Assembly: GCA_965221105.1 (NCBI GenBank) | Contig: OZ244871.1 | Span: forward strand, 188,924-252,923 | DNA length: 64,000 nt | Direction: 5' to 3' | Source of the DNA: Pseudomonadales bacterium | GTDB taxonomy: Bacteria; Pseudomonadota; Gammaproteobacteria; Pseudomonadales; GM7GCV1 | Shown here: positions 59,358 to 64,000 of the stretch, in pieces | Numbering within the stretch: the stretch's first letter is position 1 | How the letters are laid out: each line of letters starts with the position of its first letter | Notes under the pieces: generated by a model | Told to the model about the DNA's origin: nothing | The model's database searches: none | Seen by the model: only the letters and a program-made list of their open reading frames with translations | Position numbers and translations under genes: made by a program

Positions 59358-60375
59358 GCAGGTACCAGGATTGGAAAAAAAACAATTGGGTGTACATGGC
59401 CCCAACATTACGCCGCTTGGATTGGGCGTTATGTGTATGTCTGGAGACTACAATAACGGAGTTCGTGATGACAAAAAGAGCGCAGAGGTTCTAAATTCTG
59501 CTTTGGATTTGGGAGTCCAAATGCTTGATACATCTGACCTCTATGGCAGAGGGCACAATGAGCAGTTGATTTCTGCGGCAGTTGGCTCTCGATACAAAGA
59601 TGCTTTTCTCGCGACCAAATTTGGATTTGTATACGATGAAGTACAAAAGAACGTTAGTGTTTCGGGCAAGCCCGAGTACGTGCGCGCATGCTGTGACGCC
59701 TCATTGCAGAGACTAAAGGCTGATTGTATCGATCTTTACTACACGCACCGCACCGACCCCAACACGCCCATCGAAGATACTGTCGAAGCGATGGCAGATT
59801 TGGTCAAACAAGGCAAAGTGAAACATATTGGTTTATCGGAAGCATCACCAAATACTATTCGTCGGGCGGCCGCCGTACATCCAATTACCGCGGTACAATC
59901 CGAATATTCCATATTTTCACGTGAAATTGAGGAAGAAGTTTTACCTACCTGCCGTGAAGTGGGAGCAGCGCTGGTGGCATACTGCCCCCTCGGTCGAGGT
60001 TTATTAACCGGCGGACTGCGATCGTTCAGTGAAACAGATATGCGCGTCCGCTCCTCAGAACGTTTTATTGGTGATCACCTGGATAAGAACCTGGAGCTCG
60101 TTCAACGTATAGTTGAGTTGGCGAATGCTCGTGAAGCCACGGCGGCGCAATTGGCTCTGGCCTGGTTACTCGCACAAGGAGAAGATATTTTTCCAATCTT
60201 TGGCACAACCAGAATGGAAAATTTGACTGCCAACCTTGCTGCATTGGATATCCAGCTATCGGCAGGTGAGTTAACTGAGCTTTCAGCACTATCCAAACAG
60301 GTCAGTGGCACACGATACCATCAAAGCATTGAAGAAATGAGTCTGATCGATACACCGGAACGAGCATCTATTTAG
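59344..60375 (+). CDS. Aldo/keto reductase
   Basis: ..LGLGVMCMSG..., DTSDLYGRGHNEQLI, ..IGLSEASPNTIRRA.. The exact start is uncertain. Confidence 0.85.
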   Translation: MINIKQVPGLEKKQLGVHGPNITPLGLGVMCMSGDYNNGVRDDKKSAEVLNSALDLGVQMLDTSDLYGRGHNEQLISAAVGSRYKDAFLATKFGFVYDEVQKNVSVSGKPEYVRACCDASLQRLKADCIDLYYTHRTDPNTPIEDTVEAMADLVKQGKVKHIGLSEASPNTIRRAAAVHPITAVQSEYSIFSREIEEEVLPTCREVGAALVAYCPLGRGLLTGGLRSFSETDMRVRSSERFIGDHLDKNLELVQRIVELANAREATAAQLALAWLLAQGEDIFPIFGTTRMENLTANLAALDIQLSAGELTELSALSKQVSGTRYHQSIEEMSLIDTPERASI

Positions 60376-60392
60376 AGACGAGGTACAATCAA

Positions 60393-60902
60393 TTGAGTTT
60401 TGTTGAACACTCTATCATCTGGGCAAGAGGCGAAATTGTAGAGGGAAACATAATTGCAATTGTCGGCATTCTTTCAATTCTCGTAGCTCTACTTTGCTGG
60501 AAATTAGGCGGTACGCCTGGAGTCAGGGCTATGTTCATACCAATATTGATTTACGGATTGGTTTTAACCCAGTCTGGCGTTTCCAGTCACATGAAAAATA
60601 ACGCTCTGATTGATCACTACAAGGAGATTTACGAGTCTCCCTCAGTCGAATTTATTCACAATGAAAAAGATCGCGTCGAAAGCTACACTACTCTTTTTAA
60701 AGCGGTCATGATTGGCGCACTAATTAGCTTTCTGTTGGCCGTTGCTCTGTTCTGGTTTTCGCTGAATCCTCATGTTCGAGCGGTAGCAATTATGTTGTCG
60801 CTGTTCGGAACGTCTGCCTTAACTATCGATTTTTTTGCCAAGGAACGCGCAGATGTCTACTACTCGGCCATTCAAGCAGAATTAGCAGATCCAGTAAAAT
60901 AA
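60393..60902 (+). CDS. Hypothetical multi-pass membrane protein
   Basis: 169 aa with four hydrophobic segments and a TTG start. Confidence 0.55.
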   Translation: MSFVEHSIIWARGEIVEGNIIAIVGILSILVALLCWKLGGTPGVRAMFIPILIYGLVLTQSGVSSHMKNNALIDHYKEIYESPSVEFIHNEKDRVESYTTLFKAVMIGALISFLLAVALFWFSLNPHVRAVAIMLSLFGTSALTIDFFAKERADVYYSAIQAELADPVK

Positions 60903-60990
60903 CCCGGACACTTTGTATTTACCCCCCGAAAGAAGTGCAGCGAGCATCGCTGCTTACCCTCAACAGAAGTGAATTTGTCATAAAATTTCG

Positions 60991-61290
60991 GTAACTACTC
61001 GCCCCCTTCTCCTGCTTGATCATTTCGGCGGCGGCGCCGTTGAGGGCGATCTGGATGGCGGTCAGCGGGTTGGAGCCTTGGTGGGCCATGCGGATATCGC
61101 GCTCGGCGCGGGTGTTGGTGAACGGGGTGTCGGGGTCGCGGCGGTGCGCAGCACCTCGGTGTCCTACTGGGTCAGCGCCTCGTGGAGGTTCTGGGCATCG
61201 GACCTGGCGATGCGCCCGCGCTGCCCGTCGAGGCGGGCGGGGGGCTTGTTCCCCTGTGGCCTGGGTGAGGATGGTCCGGTAGCGCGTGCA
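60991..61290 (-). mobile_element. IS66-like right-end fragment (inverted), with an internal deletion
   Basis: The IR is at 60991. ..PFTNTRAERDIRM is joined directly to AHQGSNPLTAIQIALNGAAAEMIKQEKG. Confidence 0.8.
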
Positions 61291-61363
61291 CACCCGGTTC
61301 ATCGTCCCGGGACGCTGTGACACCTTCGGGACCGGACACGAGCGCAGTGACAGAGATGTACTT

Positions 61364-62428
61364 ATGAGTGAAGACACACCGAAAAGACCAACTGGCCTGC
61401 CGACCACGCGGCACGATGCGCTGTTCCGCACCCTGCTGACCAATCCTGAGCGGGCAGGACAGGTCTTGCGCGATCATCTGCCAGAGCCGATTGCCACGCG
61501 TCTTGCTGCGCAGGATCCGCGATTGATCGATGGCAGTTTTGTTGATGAGGCCCTGCGCGGAAGCCAGGCCGACCGACTGTTCGAGGTGACACTGGATGGT
61601 GGCACTCCGCTGCTCATTTACGCATTGCTTGAACACAAAAGCGAACCGGACCAGAAAACCCCGCTCCAGCTTGCCGGGTATATGATCAATATCTGGAAAC
61701 GCTATGCCGATGAGCATCCAGACCTCAAGAGCCGATTGCCAGCGATCATTCCGATTGTCTTCTACCATGGTGCCGCGCACTGGACTGTTCCGCGCTCCCT
61801 GTTTGATCTGATCGAGGATGATGAGGAGATACGTCCATTCAGCCGTTCCATGGCCTATGTCCTGCGTGATATTGGTCAGATGAGCCTGGAGCAGATGTCG
61901 TCCCGCCCTGAAGTCCGGTCAGTGTTTCATGTGCTGCATATCTCGCGGCGAGACAGGATTGGGCACGAGGAACTGGCCGATATCATCGCCCCGCTTGTCG
62001 ATGGATCGGACTTGGAATCGGCCACTCTGCACTATATAGTAGGTGATCAGAAGATTACGCAGACCATGCTTGAGGCTGCGCTGCGTCAGGCGAAACCGGA
62101 ACGATGGGAGGCCCTCATGGGCACACTTGCTGAAACCTGGTTCGAACAGGGCAAAGCTGATGGGATGGCTGAGGGTGAAGCCAGAGGCAAGGCTGTTGGG
62201 ATGGCTGAGGGTGAAGCCAGAGGCAAGGCTGCTGGGATGGCTGAAGGTGAAGCCAGGGGCAAAGCTGAAACCTTCCTGCAACTGGCGCGTCTCAAATATG
62301 GCGATCTGTCCGAGCAGTGCATCGAAGCGGTGCGCATCGCCTCTGCCACGCAACTGGATCACTGGCTGCACGCTCTGCTCAGCGCTGAAACGCTGGAGGA
62401 CATTTTCAATCCTCCTCACTCACAGTGA
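61364..62428 (+). CDS. Rpn-family recombination-promoting nuclease / putative transposase (PD-(D/E)xK, YhgA-like)
   Basis: ..RHDALFRTLL...DRLFEV...IYALLEHKS...IIPIVFYHG.. The start is set at ATG 61364. Confidence 0.8.
   Translation: MSEDTPKRPTGLPTTRHDALFRTLLTNPERAGQVLRDHLPEPIATRLAAQDPRLIDGSFVDEALRGSQADRLFEVTLDGGTPLLIYALLEHKSEPDQKTPLQLAGYMINIWKRYADEHPDLKSRLPAIIPIVFYHGAAHWTVPRSLFDLIEDDEEIRPFSRSMAYVLRDIGQMSLEQMSSRPEVRSVFHVLHISRRDRIGHEELADIIAPLVDGSDLESATLHYIVGDQKITQTMLEAALRQAKPERWEALMGTLAETWFEQGKADGMAEGEARGKAVGMAEGEARGKAAGMAEGEARGKAETFLQLARLKYGDLSEQCIEAVRIASATQLDHWLHALLSAETLEDIFNPPHSQ
62162..62269 (+). repeat. Three tandem 36-bp repeats inside the Rpn gene (GMAEGEARGKA[V/A/E] x3)
   Basis: Read directly from the sequence. 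Confidence 0.9.
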
Positions 62429-62429
62429 A

Positions 62430-63081
62430 CTGAGTGCTGCCACACAGTGTCCGGTGGCCAATTGTCAGACGAGCCCTGGTCATGAGTCACACGTCTTGTC
62501 AGGACATCTGGATACTCTGAAAAGCGGAAAGGCTCTGGAGAGTGTACGTGACCCTGACCCACCCTGAGGCCCTGTTCCGCTGTCTGAAGACCGTGACCGC
62601 AGGCGCTGCATTCGGCGACCAGGCGGTTGGGCCCGTCCCCGGCGGGGCGGTCTTCGGCCCCGTGCTCGTGGCACCGGGGCGCTTCCGCGCAGTCTCGTTG
62701 GGCTCGGTCCGTGAACTCGGCAGGCCGGAGTTGTGTGAACCCTTCGGGGTGTTCTTCTCCATGAACACCGCCATCAGCACCTGAACGAGCGTCAGCAGAG
62801 CCTCGACCAGGGCGCGGCTCTCGGCGCTCATCGCGTCGTCCGCGCACAGCGCCTTGAGCGCGTCGAACTCCGAGCGCAGCGATGCCCTGTTGACCGTCGC
62901 CATGGGCGACCCGGACTCGACCGCCAGGCGCTCCGCCGGCAGCATCAGCGCGATCAGCATCTGACACACCCCCGCCGTCGCCTTGGAACCACACTATGCG
63001 TTGTCCATTACCCTGTACGATCATGAAACGCACACACCAGAGGACCTCTTTCCTATGGAGTCAAGGGGGGTGAGTAGTTAC
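62430..63081 (-). mobile_element. IS66-like left-end fragment (inverted) with the transposase N-terminal ~175 codons (frameshifted)
   Basis: The IR ends at 63081. ..MATVNRASLRSEFDALK...MEKNTPKGSHNSGLPSS.. is followed by ..LVAECSACGHGL.. (zinc-finger region) in another frame. Confidence 0.8.
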
Positions 63082-63110
63082 GCTCATTGTTATATTAGGG
63101 CGAACTATCG

Positions 63111-63305
63111 TTGCATTGGCAGCTGATCCTGCAGCGTTCATTCCGACAGCTGGCAGCAGCTGTCATGACCACAGTGGGGGTATCGAACCCCCTGCGGCCA
63201 CCGCCGGGCGCAGAGTGCATCAAAACAGTGATCCTCGGTGCCATACTGTTCAAGGCATTCACTCACTCTCAGGCCTGTGTAACCCTGAACTGGAGTGCGA
63301 GCCAT
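63111..63305 (-). pseudogene. IS1595-family transposase N-terminal stub
   Basis: The minus-strand translation is MARTPVQGYTGLRVSECLEQYGTEDHCFDALCARRWPQGVRYPHCGHDSCCQLSE*. This contains the RWP.G..CP.CG zinc-ribbon motif. Confidence 0.6.
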
Positions 63306-63394
63306 GGCATGTTCCTGTGGGCATCAAGAAGAGATGCTGTACATGAGCACAGCACACCAGAGCTTGGCAACAATAGTGCCGAGCAACACTTATG

Positions 63395-64000
63395 TTATTC
63401 GTGGATCCCTTCTATCAACCTGTCGCGAACGGTTTCAGGCAACAATTTGATCATCAGAGCAACGAGAATTTTGGTACCAAAAGGCGCTGTATAGCTAACC
63501 TTTGGTGAAGTTGCCGATATCGCCTGATAAACGATTTTTGAAATCTCTTCAGGTGATGCTCCTTTTCGTTGAGTCTCGTCAATAAAAGCCCTGGCCTTGG
63601 CGAAACTCTCTCTATATACATCCTCAACCCATGGCAAATCTTCCTCCTTTTGATACACCGCCGTACCTTCGAATATTTCACTCTTAATACTACCTGGACG
63701 AATAGTAGATACTCCGATGCCGTATCGTCTCACTTCCTGTTTTAAGCTTCTGGTCCAACCTTCAAGGGCAAACTTTCCTGACTGATACACGCTGTTAAAT
63801 GGCATGCTTGTCACGCCACCCACGGAAGTCACGTTAAGAATCCGTCCCCATTCTTGCTGACGCATATACGGTAAGCACTTTTGTGTGAGTTCAATCAATC
63901 CAAAGAAATTAATGTTATACAGTTTTTTTATCTCCTCCATGGGGACGCATTCTGCTGGCCCCATAAACATAACGCCGGCATTGTTAACTAATATATCGAT
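63395..64000 (-). CDS. SDR-family oxidoreductase, 5' end beyond the window
   Basis: ..NAGVMFMGP.., YQSGKFALEGW (YxxxK) are present, and the ORF is open at the window edge. Confidence 0.8.
   Translation of the reverse strand: MDILVNNAGVMFMGPAECVPMEEIKKLYNINFFGLIELTQKCLPYMRQQEWGRILNVTSVGGVTSMPFNSVYQSGKFALEGWTRSLKQEVRRYGIGVSTIRPGSIKSEIFEGTAVYQKEEDLPWVEDVYRESFAKARAFIDETQRKGASPEEISKIVYQAISATSPKVSYTAPFGTKILVALMIKLLPETVRDRLIEGIHE

Overview
This is a mosaic accessory region of a Gram-negative, probably proteobacterial genome. The host call rests on a TonB-dependent receptor plus LysE and HemB fragments. AT-richer blocks (judged by eye) carry intact genes. These are a PHP-like/Rad50-like ATPase + AlbA_2/HATPase_c_4 pair (969-4872), an SDR + TonB-dependent receptor (10.9-14.4 kb), and a GmrSD-like DUF262/DUF1524 gene + a second DUF262 gene (15.3-19.5 kb). 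They also include an HNH-fusion protein, a 2-TM protein, a SIR2-like + mini GIY-YIG pair (39.2-40.5 kb), vapBC and RhuM/Fic. A metabolic block holds acyl-CoA synthetase, a CMD-family protein, a fused acyl-CoA dehydrogenase, a Tyr-phosphatase, an SDR and an aldo/keto reductase. Between these blocks lies GC-rich, heavily decayed mobile DNA. It contains about ten pieces of one IS66-like family, from 66-bp IR-only MITEs to ~650-bp deletion derivatives, none with an intact transposase. It also contains IS21, IS30, IS4/DUF4338, IS110/IS1111, IS1595, IS256 and IS5 remnants, a tnpB unit, and unclassified repeat families. Many defence/TA genes are broken: two hsdR 5' stubs, an Mrr-like stub, abiEii, RES, a RelE-like toxin, a JAB-E1 fusion, DUF3800 and HNH. 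A ~1-kb unit carrying a small tail-anchored coiled-coil protein gene is tandemly amplified at 7.6-10.5 kb. I recognised no rRNA, tRNA or CRISPR array by eye. All domain calls come from motif recognition in the supplied translations, not from database searches. Coordinates of decayed elements are approximate.
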